Source: Laetmonice hystrix
Taxonomy: Eukaryota
Length of the DNA: 64,000 bases
Assembly: GCA_965235115.1 (NCBI GenBank)
Contig: OZ249436.1
Coordinates: 38,068,001 to 38,132,000, forward strand
Direction: 5' to 3'
Of this stretch, positions 27,601-39,007 are shown one piece after another. The notes under the pieces were generated by a model. It had not been told where the DNA came from. It did not search any database and worked only from the letters and a program-made list of their open reading frames with translations. The translations under genes and the position numbers were made by a program. The first letter of the stretch is position 1. Each line of letters begins with the position of its first letter.

Positions 27601-29211
27601 TCTCAATTTTACAGGCTCGAAGGTCATGCTGTATTTATGCTTAAATTTTGTGTCATAATTTTAAAAGGGCGATGCTTTTTGTAAAACTAAATAATAAATG
27701 AGTAAGTCGACTTAGCGGAGTGTACGTGTCAGAAAGCCTGACAATGTTAACTTAGCGGAGTGTACGTGTCAGAAAGCCTGACGATGTTAACTTAGTGGAG
27801 TGTACGTGTCAGAAAGCCTGACAATGTTAACTTAGCGGAGTGTACGTGTCGGAAAGCCTGACAATGTTAACTTCATGGAGTGTACGTGTCAGAAAGCCTG
27901 ACAATGTTAACTTAGCGGAGAGTGTACGTGTCAGAAAGCCTGACAATGTTAACTTAGCGGAGAGTGTACGTGTCAGAAAGCCTGACAATGTTAACTTCGT
28001 GGAGTGTACGTGTCAGAAGGCCTGACAATGTTAACTTAGCGGAGTGTACGTGTCAGAAGGCCTGACAATGTTATTATGATCTTGTTGCCAGCCGACCCCA
28101 CCTGCCAGTCCGACAACCAGTGGTTCACCGCTGTCTGATCCAGAGGGAGCCGCTCGTCCCCCACTGAAGCGGGATTCGTCAGTATCGAGTTCGTCTAGCT
28201 GGGTGCCCACTCCTGACTGGGTAGGTATTGATTTCAGGGGCTCGGTTCAATGTACGAGCTTGTACAATGGCCTTATAGCTCGTAAACAAGAAAAAACTCG
28301 CTTTGCTATTATGACCTACAGAAAATACGAGCTCGTAAATTATGAGTGTTTTAAATGGTTTCTTGGTGCGATTGGCACTGATCAGTATTCAATATAGGGG
28401 GTTCTGGAAAGTTTACATTGTTCAAGGTTCACATTAATCTGTAATCTGTAATCTGTAATCTACAGGTGGGCTCATGGAAGCAGAAGTTGCCCCTGCAGAC
28501 CATAATGAGACTTCTCCAGGTTCTTGTGCCTCAGGTGGAAAAAATATGCATTGACAAGTAAGTATTCTCTGATTGTGAATTCCCGCACTACTATATGTCT
28601 AATCTGTAAGTACAGACCAGTGCAGTACAATATTTGTAGAGGTTTCAGATAATGCACGCTTTATTCTAGATTCATTTGTTACCATTTAGTCATTGAAGTA
28701 TGTAAGGTTAGAATAACCCAGAGAGCGTGGGTGTGTTGTTTGGTTAGGAAAGCTGCAGATGTTGTCTCATTGCAAGTCGCAAATTCTCATTGTATGGTTG
28801 TAATTCAGAGGGTTGACAGACGAGTCTGAGATCTTGAAGTTCCTGCAGCACGGTACCCTGGTCGGTCTACTTCCTGTACCCCACCCGATCCTGATCCGTA
28901 AATACCAGGCCAACTCAGGCACCACCATGTGGTTCCGAACGTACATGTGGGGTGTCATCTACCTGAGGTACGCACCTCTTCGACAACATTTTAATATTTA
29001 AATCACTCAGTCTCACGATAAACCCAGATTAACTGTGCCTGACGTGTGTTGTGGTCATAATCTTATTCGGTATCTTCTGTGTGTTACTTGTATTTATAAA
29101 TAGCGAAAAACCGTCATGATATAAACCAGGCCTTTCTGCTATTCCAGGAATGTAGACCCTCCGATCTGGTATGACACAGACGTCAAACTGTTCGAGATCC
29201 AGCGGGTATAA
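6671..29211 (+). CDS. HID1: HID1 (dymeclin-family dense-core-vesicle/Golgi protein), complete, 18 exons, 828 aa
   Basis: Exons 6671-6736, 11404-11617, 12153-12268, 12593-12637, 12922-13144, 16274-16551, 16795-16851, 17721-17952, 18200-18351, 18908-18986, 19350-19411, 19632-19734, 20005-20232, 27358-27545, 28092-28220, 28466-28557, 28809-28967 and 29148-29211 total 2487 nt with all phases consistent. It starts MGNSDTKLNFRKAVVQLTTKTQ (myristoylation-type MG start) and ends RNVDPPIWYDTDVKLFEIQRV*, matching recalled HID1 termini. Confidence 0.96.
7117..7203. mobile_element. Tiny Harbinger-like palindromic MITE
   Basis: ccggggccagttgcatga ... tcatgcaactggccccgg inverted termini around a ~50-bp core. 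No clear TSD. Confidence 0.5.
7988..8441. mobile_element. MULE/foldback-like MITE with tandem GTCAAAGTGTCCG subrepeats
   Basis: 9-bp TSD CACCATCAC at 7979-7987 and 8442-8450. The left arm has repeated gtcaa(a/t)gtgtccg and the right arm has repeated cggacactttgac. Confidence 0.82.
9063..10689 (+). mobile_element. Tc1/mariner-family deletion derivative with >100-bp TIRs and a transposase C-terminal remnant
   Basis: TA|tcgggtggataaaaaaaaacgccccgaactttaaac ... gtttaaagttcggggcgttttttttatccacccga|TA. Positions 10342-10452 read CWEDISLSEIGKCTGSWKKRLRAV*SENRGPIDHLL*, typical of a mariner/Tc1 transposase C-terminus (W..I...I...SW.KRLRAV...GG.I.H). Confidence 0.8.
17382..17549. mobile_element. Harbinger-like MITE
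   Basis: Inverted termini ggggccgtcttactaa ... ttagtaagacgggcctc. Confidence 0.55.
18450..18811. mobile_element. MITE with long (~80 bp) subterminal inverted repeats and GAG...CTC termini
   Basis: gagggactt ... aagtccctc. Internal tccgcgtggtggcagcac...gacgaaatgctaatct is mirrored by agattagcatttcgtc...gtgctgccgccacgcgga. No clean TSD. Confidence 0.65.
27711..28073. repeat. 40-bp minisatellite, about 9 copies, in HID1 intron 14
   Basis: Unit cttagcggagtgtacgtgtcagaaagcctgacaatgttaa, with 42-bp variants. Confidence 0.95.
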
Positions 29212-31076
29212 CGAGCTGAGCAGAATGATTTGAAGAGAAGAAGAAATCTGCTCCCTAGTCGGCAGATCCAGGCAATGTCCCCGGGTACGTGATGTCAAGA
29301 CGAACTGTGACCACCGCCTACCCCTGCTGTGTTGTCACTTCATTCTGTAGTAGGCTGTGCCATTGACTGATATTTGAGAAAATATAAAGATTGATTGTTA
29401 ATATGATTATTATTGAGTAATGTTATTCCAGGAAATATCTGTTGCTATTATTTTAAAATGGGGCTTAGACAGTACATTTCAGTAGTATGTCTGGTTGTTG
29501 TCTATATTTTCAGCTGGTTACCGAGACATGGGGGTAGAATGGACAATCGGTCATTGCCAACAGGGTATACTGTGGGTGTAGTTTTAACAGAAGGTTGTTA
29601 TTGTATATATGTGGACAGTAAAGTGCTGAACTGAATGGTGTGTACATGTGACACTAGTTTATGGCACAGCTTACAACTGAAACCCTTCTCAAAAAGAATA
29701 CCAATACAAAGCTACATCTAGTCTCCGGCTGTGGTTCTCTCAATTCACTTTCCGTCAATGTTGTAGCAGATATATTTGATAAAACTGAGTGAAGTAATAA
29801 AGTGAAGAGTTATATTAGGGAGAAGACGAAGGACACGTGTTATGACATTGAATAAGTCAGGGATGTTAATCCTTGTGAACTTGGGCAGAACTAGAAATGT
29901 CAGTGCAATAATGTTGTGATTAGTATGTTGAATATATGGGCAGACATTTTGGCATCGTTTAATAATCAGATTAGGTCTTTCATCAGTTGATCATGACTCT
30001 TGAAAGTTACCTTAACCAAAGATCACCAGAAAGGTTTGCCAGAGATACGACAGTCACTGTGAATGAACGATGCTGACTATAGAGTAACATGGGGGGGGGG
30101 GGGGCAGTATCCTTTACTTACCTTTACTCAACCCAGTTAGTAGAAAAATCGTTTGTAACGGTTATCAAGTGATCAGCTGGACCAAGACGTTAACGTTTAA
30201 ATTCATTTTTGCACTTACCAATGTTGTAAACTATATCCACTGGCCTTCACATGACATTTGACATGTACAAGGTAAGAAACCTAAAACGGGGAAGAAACTG
30301 GAAAATACGGAAATAATTATGGTGATATAGCAGGGGGGATGCAGGGCGACAGCATTTGCCAATAGTCATTTTTTTCAGTGCAGTGCTTTTAACAGCTGAG
30401 ACCTTAGATGTGACAATATAAAACGGGTCCCTGAAGATTTTATTCGGGTAAAATTAGATGTTGACGCAAGTATCTGGGGAATGCTTGGAAATGAACCCTG
30501 TAAGGGCCCCGTGGACCGAGTATAGAACCGAGTAGCCACATTCACAAGTCGAATATTGTGGACTGGGGTAGTATCTTCAATTGGGTTGAGTGTCTATCAT
30601 CAAATTGTTGGCCTCATGTCTAAATTTAGTTCAGCTCTATTTATAGAAATGATCTTATTTATTGGTTATTTGTGCTGGCTACACCTTTTTATGTTATGTT
30701 AAAATGTTTGTTTTGTGGATTATTTAGAAACTAAAGGAGGCAGAGTTTTCCCCAAATATGGTGACTCTGGTTGTTCAAAATGACGCGGGAGACATGAAAG
30801 TAATGACGTGATACGAAGACTTATTGGTAGGGGTCCACCGCTGTGCGTTGGCCGAGTTGGAGATCTGTTGAGCAGTTGCCATGATGAATACTGAGTTACT
30901 ATTTGGGGCTCCGAATCCATCGAGATCTTTGTAGATGAACACTACTTAGCGATAATCTCCTTAAATATTTGCACAAGTGGTGACATTACTTAAACTGCCA
31001 TACAGTGTACAGTTTGGATAAAAATGGTTGGGAGTAGAGAAAAAATGAGCATGAGAAAAAATTAACGTGAGCCTTA

Positions 31077-31353
31077 AGGCCCCGCCACACAGACCGACGA
31101 CGATCGGGTCAGCGTCCATTGGTCTGTGTGGCCAGGGCAGCCGACACGCATCAGACCAAATCAGCTGACGGATTCGTCGCTGCGGGAATGTTAAGATGTT
31201 GAACATCTACGACGCGACGATCTCGTCGGCAGTGTTCAGCGGTAGGCCCATCGGCCTGTGTGGGAGGGGTTCCCGACGCGACGTTCTTACCCGTCGGTGA
31301 CTCGGCTGGTTTATGCCCGACGATCCGGTCGTAAGGGCTGTGTGGCCGGGCCT
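31077..31353. mobile_element. PIF/Harbinger-like MITE
   Basis: TTA|aggccccgccacacag ... ctgtgtggccgggcct|TTA, giving a 3-bp TWA TSD. Confidence 0.7.
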
Positions 31354-32889
31354 TTACTGTTGGCTTGTAATGTTGGTTATAATCAGTCAAGAAAGACACG
31401 CATTTGTGGCATTCCATGCAGAAAGAAAAGTGTCTACGTATTCTCTTAAACTCTCAAGGGTGACGTCACACCATGTTATTGCCTTAAAAACAGACAAGGG
31501 AATGCATTACTATTGAGTCAATTTGTGGCAATTTATTCTCCAGGACTAAACTCTCCCAATCCCAGATTTTGACAGTAATTGTAAAGTTGACTGGTTACGA
31601 GTAGTACACGGAACGTTTATTAGGGGGCAGGGGAAGGTCAAAAGTATCAGGGACTGAAAATTCGATGTTTATATTGAACAAGTGTAGATAGATGTGTGTA
31701 TATGTTGACCTTCAGATCTTGTGGTAGAGCGTCTATTCTGGTGTACATCCTTTGTTAAGTTGTATGGTACATATAGTCGGTACACGAGGACGGCGTGTAA
31801 TGTTATATGGTGATCTGGTTGAAGTTGTTCAGGAGTACCTCCTTCTCTGTATGAAAGTTACTGTCTGACCTAGCGACATCCAAAGAATATCCTTAGTATT
31901 GCAAATAAAATACCAAACGGTACCCTTATGTCTCCGACTTTATAGTTTCTTCCAGCTGTGACATTTCTGTCTCGGGTGTACATACATCTTGCCTTTCATT
32001 TCTGTCCAAGTTATCCTTCCACTTTCGAATAAACTCAATTCCAAGACCTCCAAGCGGACGATTTTTTTAAAGGCCACAAAATAAAGGGCCCCTATCCTGA
32101 AATAAAAGGTTCTTTTGTTGAGGAAAATAAAGGTCCTTTATCACTGGATATGATCAACCTATGGATGACACGGGTACTTACATGAGGTAAAGCATTACCT
32201 TGATGACCCTTGACTGGGTCACACTTACTTCTTTAGTGTATTTTACATGCCTTTTCCTTCCTTAGTGCATGTTCTTGATGAATGATACGCAGTAAGCATT
32301 TCGTGTGTAAAAGTCGAGAATGAAGATGGAAAACTACATCGATGTTTGGCCATTTTAAGTACCTAGGGGCATAGGCGGTCCCTGGACCATCGCCTCAAGT
32401 GCTGTGAAAGTATCCCCCGGTAAGCTAAACCCCCATACGTGGCTGATGTGGAAAAAGTTTGCCAGATGTTCATAGAAAGAAACAGACGGCACTGATGGTT
32501 TACCTCCGGGTCACTATTTGGTGAGAATACGTGTAGCACAAGGTTTCATATCAGAAATAAAGGCATTTAAAGGTTAAAACAATCGATACAGTTTTAGGGA
32601 TAAACTGTTTGTTAAGGAATACGCGTACTTAATTCATAACCTAACAAACTTAATGAGATTTATTGCTAGTCCTTTAGCCATTGGTCAGAAAAAATTCCTC
32701 TGCAGCTGCGCGCCCGACCGCCCCCTCCCTCCTGATGACATCACCAACCGGCCCATGTGAACTGGCTAGCTAGTCACATTTTGTCTGACCCCCAAAAAGA
32801 AGGTGGCGGAGGAAGGCCGGGGTAAGCCGTTATGAGGTAAGTACGCGTACTGCGGGTATTCCTTAAACAGTTTATCCCTAAAACTGTAT

Positions 32890-33800
32890 TGGTTAAGGTC
32901 ATACGCTCCCTTACCGCCCGCCAGTATGCAGCCTTCATGATGTGCCCAACACTCACCCCGTTAAAATGGGCCCAGGACGCTGAGAACGCCCTTACCTCGT
33001 GCGCCCTCACCTGGCAGACAACCAACTGATCTGGCGAGGCGGTGTCATAAGCTTGCCTTACAGTCTCGCAGTCAAGCAGCGGAACAGAGAAGCTGGCGAT
33101 ATATGTCTCTATGAACCCGGTCATTGTAAGAGACAAATAATTTTGACGACGCCCGCCGATCTGCCGTCCTAGTCAGGTGGAATCTGACAGCTCTCACAGG
33201 GAAAGGAGTCGCTCAGCATCATGTTGGCCCACATCAGGGGACAGTAGGGTAGGAACTGACAGATCCTGATTCTTAGGAATGAACTGCAGTAAGAAGTAAT
33301 GCCTGGGATCCACTGCCACGATCAGCCATACACACATCATACAATTAGTCACGATGGGTCCCGCGCTACCTGTCGTGGACATGGAGTTTCGTGTACAATC
33401 GTGCCATACGTCGGTGGATTGTCGTGACCTATCCTAAAGTATGCGCAATGCGTAAGCAGCTGATCCACTCTACACCATGCTGACATTGCTGTGCACTTAT
33501 CTTGAGTCGTCAACCTGGGATCACATGGTTTCAGCACGGCTTCTTATTGGTTCACCTCCACAATCATCTTGAGCGGTCCTACGAACACACGTAGCCCGTG
33601 ATGAACACGTTTGATTTCTGCCACGATCGCTTATGACATCTTATGTCCACCACGATACGGGAAGCTTGTCTTGGTCTATCGTAAGGTGGTCGTGGCTGCG
33701 TGATCGACTGCCACGACTGATGGTGACATTTTTTGACTGAAAACGATCGTGGTTCATCGTAGCACCATCGTAGCCCTGTCGGATCGTGGCATTGGATCAC
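32890..33800 (-). pseudogene. DIRS tyrosine recombinase, disrupted
   Basis: FIPKNQ, (C)PVRAV and VRAHEVRAFSASWAHFNGVSVGHIMKAAYW (HxxR box) motifs, in several frames. Confidence 0.82.
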
Positions 33801-33859
33801 CCCCTTCAATCGTTACCCCCGGATACCACCACCCAAACCGCCTCCATCTCAATGCTAAA

Positions 33860-34916
33860 GCCACATGGAACAACACCTTCCACGTCAGGTGAGAGCGAGT
33901 CCGCACACTCGTTGGACTTCCCCTGCACGTGGGTTAGCAGTAAGTTCACCCCTTAGTTGCGGCACCACCACAGGATGTCCCACGTCAGCCGAAACAGACG
34001 AGCCGAATGCATGCCCCCTCCTGCAGTCCCCTGAAAATGGCCAGCAGTTCCAGGATGTTCACTTGGTATCCTAACTCTGTCAGGGACCACGTGCCCTGGG
34101 CCTCCCAGTCTAGGAGATGGGCCCCCCAGCCCGTCAATGACGCATCGGTGAACATATGGACAGTCTGAACAGTCGGCAACATGCGCTTCCAGTGGATCCC
34201 TGAACGGTCGCCACTGACTCAGCAATGCGAATTAACTGCATCAGACGAAAGTGCAGCCTGCCCAATGACACTGCCGATGACCCCGAATTGAGTAACACCT
34301 GGAGCCACAAGCACGCCGACGCAGCCCAGAAGCGTGTCCCAACGGACTCCCAGATAAATGAACTGCTGGGACGGTCGGAGGGAACACTTCGGAAGGTTGA
34401 GCCTCCACCCCAGTCCGCCATGGTACGGAGCAACCCGTCCACCTGGTTGTAAAACAGCTTATGATCTGGGTTGCATACCAACCAGTCCTCCAGATACAGA
34501 TGAGGGAATATTCCTCTCTGCCGGGTCCAGTGTCCAACCTGCGCCGCCAGTTTCGTGAACACCCGTGATTCCGACGTTAAACCAAATGGGAGGACTGTAA
34601 ACGGATGAGTCCTTGGAGCATAGGAAATCGCAGTAGCGCTGATGAGGACGTCTCCATTTGAAATCTTTCCCGGTAGTGGTGAGCGTTCAGAGCTTTCAGG
34701 TTGAAGACCGCCGGACGCCTTGCTCACCAGAAACACCGGGGAAAAGAAGCCTGGCGCCGCCTTCCCTGGCACCACTCGAACCACTGCCGCTTTGTCCAGA
34801 AGAGACCAGACCTCAGTCAGCAACGCGATGCGCAGACCGTCCCTGTGAAAGGGCTGGGTCCACGCATCTGCAATTTGCAGAGGGAAATCAGCTATAGTCG
34901 CAAGTCGGTTGGCCAA
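33860..34916 (-). pseudogene. DIRS reverse transcriptase/RNase H, frameshifted and internally deleted
   Basis: GFFSPVFLVSKASGG, FTVLPFGLTSESRVFTK, HLYLEDWLV (YLDD mutated to YLED). RNase H motifs MFTDASLTGWGA, QVNILELLAIF and HVQGKSNECADSLS. Confidence 0.88.
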
Positions 34917-35399
34917 TTTCGGGATGATTTGAAATAGGTACTTTGGGTGTTTCTGACTAGATACTTCCGTTCAACATAGCGGCTGCAGATGATTTCTCCG
35001 AAGATTTAGATGTTTGTGTGGCATCGTATTCTAACAGTCTGCGCCATAAATGTAAACAACAAGAGTGCCTCAGCAAAATCGAGCAGCCACGATTCCAGCT
35101 CGGCTGGCCTGGTTGGGGGTTTCTAGGTCAGGTCAGGGGTCACTCAAACGGCAGACTGTCCCTGAGGGCGGACAGGGTCCACGCATCGCGACAACCAAAA
35201 ACGCGTGCCCACACGTCGTGGGCCTGCCGAAGGCACAGACCCATGGGCCGAGAGAGCAGGGGAGACGACAGAAGGGAGGCGACCAGGTCTGAGAGGTACA
35301 AATCTAGCCCCCCCCCCCCCCAACCTCCTGGAGAGAGAGTGCCACTAAGGATGGCCGCGCCACTAAGGATGGCCACGCCACCGGCCCCGTGACTGCATG

Positions 35400-37379
35400 G
35401 GGACAGCCCCGACTGGGTCCCCGTCCCCGTCAGCCTAAGAGTCGGCCCACTCTGGTGGTAGGACGACCGAAAGGGCTGCAAAGGCCGGCGCTGAACCTGG
35501 CGATCATAACGAGGCAGAGCCGCTGGGGGTTCGAGACTACAACGCAATTCCCGAGCAGCCTTCTCGCGCGTCTGCCTGAAGGGGGGTTTGGCGTAACAGA
35601 TATGCCTAGTGACTTCAAGGCCGCATCACTCCGAAGCAAAACCACATTTGCCCGAGTTCGAACCTGTAACTCGATAACGTAACGAAGGGCGACCGCAGAC
35701 GACGAAAGAAAATCCTCCACATCTGGGAGGGACCCAGCGCGTAGAGACTTCTGGGCCGCAGCCAACAAAAACTCGCCCGAAATCGCTGCGGCCATCGTAG
35801 CTTGAGCCCTATTGTCAATCCCTCCTAAGAGGCTACAAGAAACCGATAGATTGGTAGGCTCTGAAATGTTGAGAGACGCAGTGTTATGTATTGCACACGC
35901 AGCATCCCCATCCAGCAAGGGACCGGCGGCTGGAGGTCCTGAGTGTAACAAATAGTCCTGGGGACGGAACCACTTAATCCAGGTCCTTCCCTTGTCAGAC
36001 CTCCCGGTCCCCATACTGCTCGGGGTCAAATCCAGGGCTCCCATAGGTGGGACCGGCATGCCCGACGTGGACGGCCTGCCCGATACCCCTTTAAGCCAAG
36101 CCGTTAGGCCGTCCCAAACCTGAGTGTTGCTGGCTCCATACAGGAAATTCACCACCGGATGGAGAGAACCCCATTCTAGTTGCAACGCAGGCAAGGCTGG
36201 CATGGCTAAGCAGGGGGGGGGGGGGGTCACGCCGAGGCGGGCAAACCCGCTCTCCTAGTAGGTGGGACCTCTTGCCACGTAGCTTGGCAAAGCTCAAAGG
36301 AAGCTCCTCCCTGGAGTCTCCATCCAAAGGCTGCTGACGAAGCAGAGGAGACCTAACCCGGCCGGACTCTGCAACTACTCGGGGAGGGAAGAGATCTGAC
36401 ACTGAGTCACTCCCATCTTCAAAAGGCGGGGTACTACGCCGCTGGCCGAGGTCCAGCCTAACCGACTCCCGTGATAACGTGGTCGAGGGCGTCGCAGTTC
36501 TCCCCCATGAGGACTGAAGGCAGGCGCCGTTACGAGTAGGCTCATCCTGTCTGACGCTCGGCGCCCCGCGCCCTGAATGGCGCCACCGAAGGGCTCAAAA
36601 GCTCTGAAGGAATCAAGCCCGGGGGCAATGCTACCGCCCTGACCATGGCCAAGTCTCGCTCCTCCGTCAGGTAAGCCGGATCCCTGTCGATGCTGTCTCG
36701 GCTGACAGATCACCGGCTGGGAGACTGACAGCCCGAGCATCAGGGCATCATGCATGCAGTCTCCCTGGCTACCACTTTGGACGAGACGCCGCCCTGCCCC
36801 TGCCCTGCCCTGGCTGACAGTTCGACGTCTGGGTCAAATCCAGCATCACGGTTTCCCGTCTATCTTGACCATCAACCGCGTGCATTCCCGTCTCAATCAC
36901 AGATTGGTTCTGTTCCTCTCGTGCCAACCAATCATAAAACCGAGCCAAGTCTTCACTCCGACGAATAGAGACCGGAGCCACACCGGACCCCTCAGCGCCC
37001 GTCACTAACCTCCCCGGGAGGTCGTCCTCGCATAGTCTAAACTCGACGGAAGGTCCGACTGAGAACCCCTGGACTGACGACCCGGGGACCCGACCACTGA
37101 GTCCGCCCCGGCCGTTGACTGAGATGGAGGGCCGAGGTCCGTGGCCCCATCTGGCCTCCACTTCTCGAGCGCCTCACACCGACCGACGGTCGTCCTTCGC
37201 CAGCGGTCCTTTCGTCCTCGGCTTCCTCAAAACACGAACCGCCACGCGCCGTGCTTTAAGAAAAAGCCGCTCGTCCCATTCCTGGCAGACTGAACAAGGC
37301 TCCAGAGCAGAATAATCCCGGCACCTCACGCAGTGGCATGGAAGCCCCACAGTGGCAACTCATGTTGACACCTAGTCAT
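35400..37379 (-). pseudogene. DIRS ORF1 (gag-like), frameshifted
   Basis: The N-terminus MTRCQHELPLWGFH/CVRCRDY...PCSVCQEW is Cys/His-rich, as in DIRS gag. The 266-aa ORF 35430-36230 contains RANVVLLRSDAAL (RRD-type motif). The 3' boundary is approximate. Confidence 0.65.
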
Positions 37380-38779
37380 CTGTGAGGGTAAAAACAACCA
37401 AAATTGCATAGCGGGGGGACCAAGCGGTGACCGGCACCACCACGGGTGACCAACACCAAATTACATGGCGAATCAGTAAATACAACAAACCGAAAACGCA
37501 AACCACTCGTAAAACCACACACTCCGGACAGGAAAAACGTGACGAGGGAAATTCGAAGAACAACCAAGGGTTTCATACTCACAGTTTCTGTGTTTCGAAA
37601 TTCATAAACCAAGGCCTGACCAAAGGCTATACATGTAATAAACTCCGCAATAGTCTGACACGTGCAGCAGCACCCGTGATCAGACAGAATGTGACTAGCT
37701 AGCCAGCTCAAATGAACCGGGTGGTGACGTCATCAGGAGGGAGGGGGCTGCGCGGTCAGCCGCGCAGCCGCACAAGAAAGTTTTCTGACCATTGGCTAAA
37801 AGACTAGCAATAAAACTCATTATGTTTGTTAGGTTATGAGGTAAGGGAGCGTATGACCTTAAAGGGAATAGAAAAGTTCAAACTATCAATATAAGGGTGT
37901 TCAGCATGAACAAGCTTGTTCTTACCTACAATTCTGTGATTATCTGATCTTTAATAAAGGAATAATCAACCGAAATGTAGAGACATTCTCCCGCTGGCTT
38001 CGTCGGTTTGTTTACCCTATTTGGCCATTATCTCAATCTATTAATAGATATAGCTCGCGCTGTCTCGCGTGAGAAATAGCGAATGACCCGGGCGGTATTT
38101 TTAAAAAGTCGCCGTAGACAGTGTTCCACTTATCGGTGTGACCTTAGACACTTTATATGGTGTTACTGGTGTTCAAAGGTACGTTACTGAGGAACTTTTG
38201 CTGTAGGTTTAACATAATGGTTTCGTTTTAACAGTTTGCTTGAAGGCCTGCAGTGCCAATATGAGTCAGTCTCCCAAGTTTTAATAAAATTTGTTATTAT
38301 TCAATACATAAATACGAGTACAATGTATTTAGTTTGCTTTTATGGAAATTAAGCTATTTATTAAATTAACTAGGCCTATTATGGTTAATCCCAATTAGAA
38401 ATTAATGAACTTTAAGTCCGTTTTGTTTGGTAAAATTAACTCTGTCCAGCCGAGGTAATCTCATTAAACACGAGTCCCACACGAGGCTGACCGGTGTAAA
38501 CCAGACAATGAATGAAAGCGTTCTTACATCTGGCCCAGATTTTATCACGGGTGCGTGTCACACAGCCTGTCGTTAACTTCAGTGTAGTAAAAAAAACAAT
38601 CTCTTTTCAAAGGAACTGGTAACGCATGACAGGAAGTTTAGTTTTAAATATTTTATTCATCATCCAAGTGATAAATATTTCCATAAAGGTTTTCTACATC
38701 ACAGTAAGAACTTTTTTGATACTACAATTAACATCTGTCCTACCACCCGATACACAATGTTCTCTTCTTCTTGAAGAAG

Positions 38780-39007
38780 GATAAACTGCCTAGGTCTCTC
38801 CTTCAGGAAGGGCATCATAGTATAATAACGTGCATCATGTGGAGCGCATGTTGGGCTAGCTAGGCGCCAGTCCTGCAGAGGCTGCAAGGAGTACCATATG
38901 CTGGTCTCAATCCCGAAGGACTTCTCACAACATGTGCCTGACATGATGCACATTATACATGTACTATGATACCCTTCTTGAAGAAGCAGAGACCAAGGCA
39001 GTTTATC
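38780..39007. repeat. 228-bp imperfect palindrome (hairpin/MITE-like)
   Basis: gataaactgcctaggtctctccttcaggaagggcatcatagta pairs with tactatgatacccttcttgaagaagcagagaccaaggcagtttatc. The inner pair is gtgcatcatgt/acatgatgcac. Confidence 0.7.

Larger units (their letters stand above)
32586..37862 (-). mobile_element. DIRS1-type tyrosine-recombinase retrotransposon, full-length outline but decayed
   Basis: Inverted terminal repeats at about 32634-32788 and 37680-37840. An internal complementary region at about 32830-32915 carries reverse complements of both outer ends. Gag, RT, RNase H and YR remnants lie on the minus strand. Confidence 0.93.

Noticed and set aside
27840-28025. ORF with SVRVRKPDNVNLAE repeats
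   Set aside because: It arises from local 42-bp variants of the 40-bp minisatellite, and the frame is not maintained across units.
34225-37315. Many 60-130-aa plus-strand ORFs
   Set aside because: They are antisense shadows in the GC-rich DIRS coding region.
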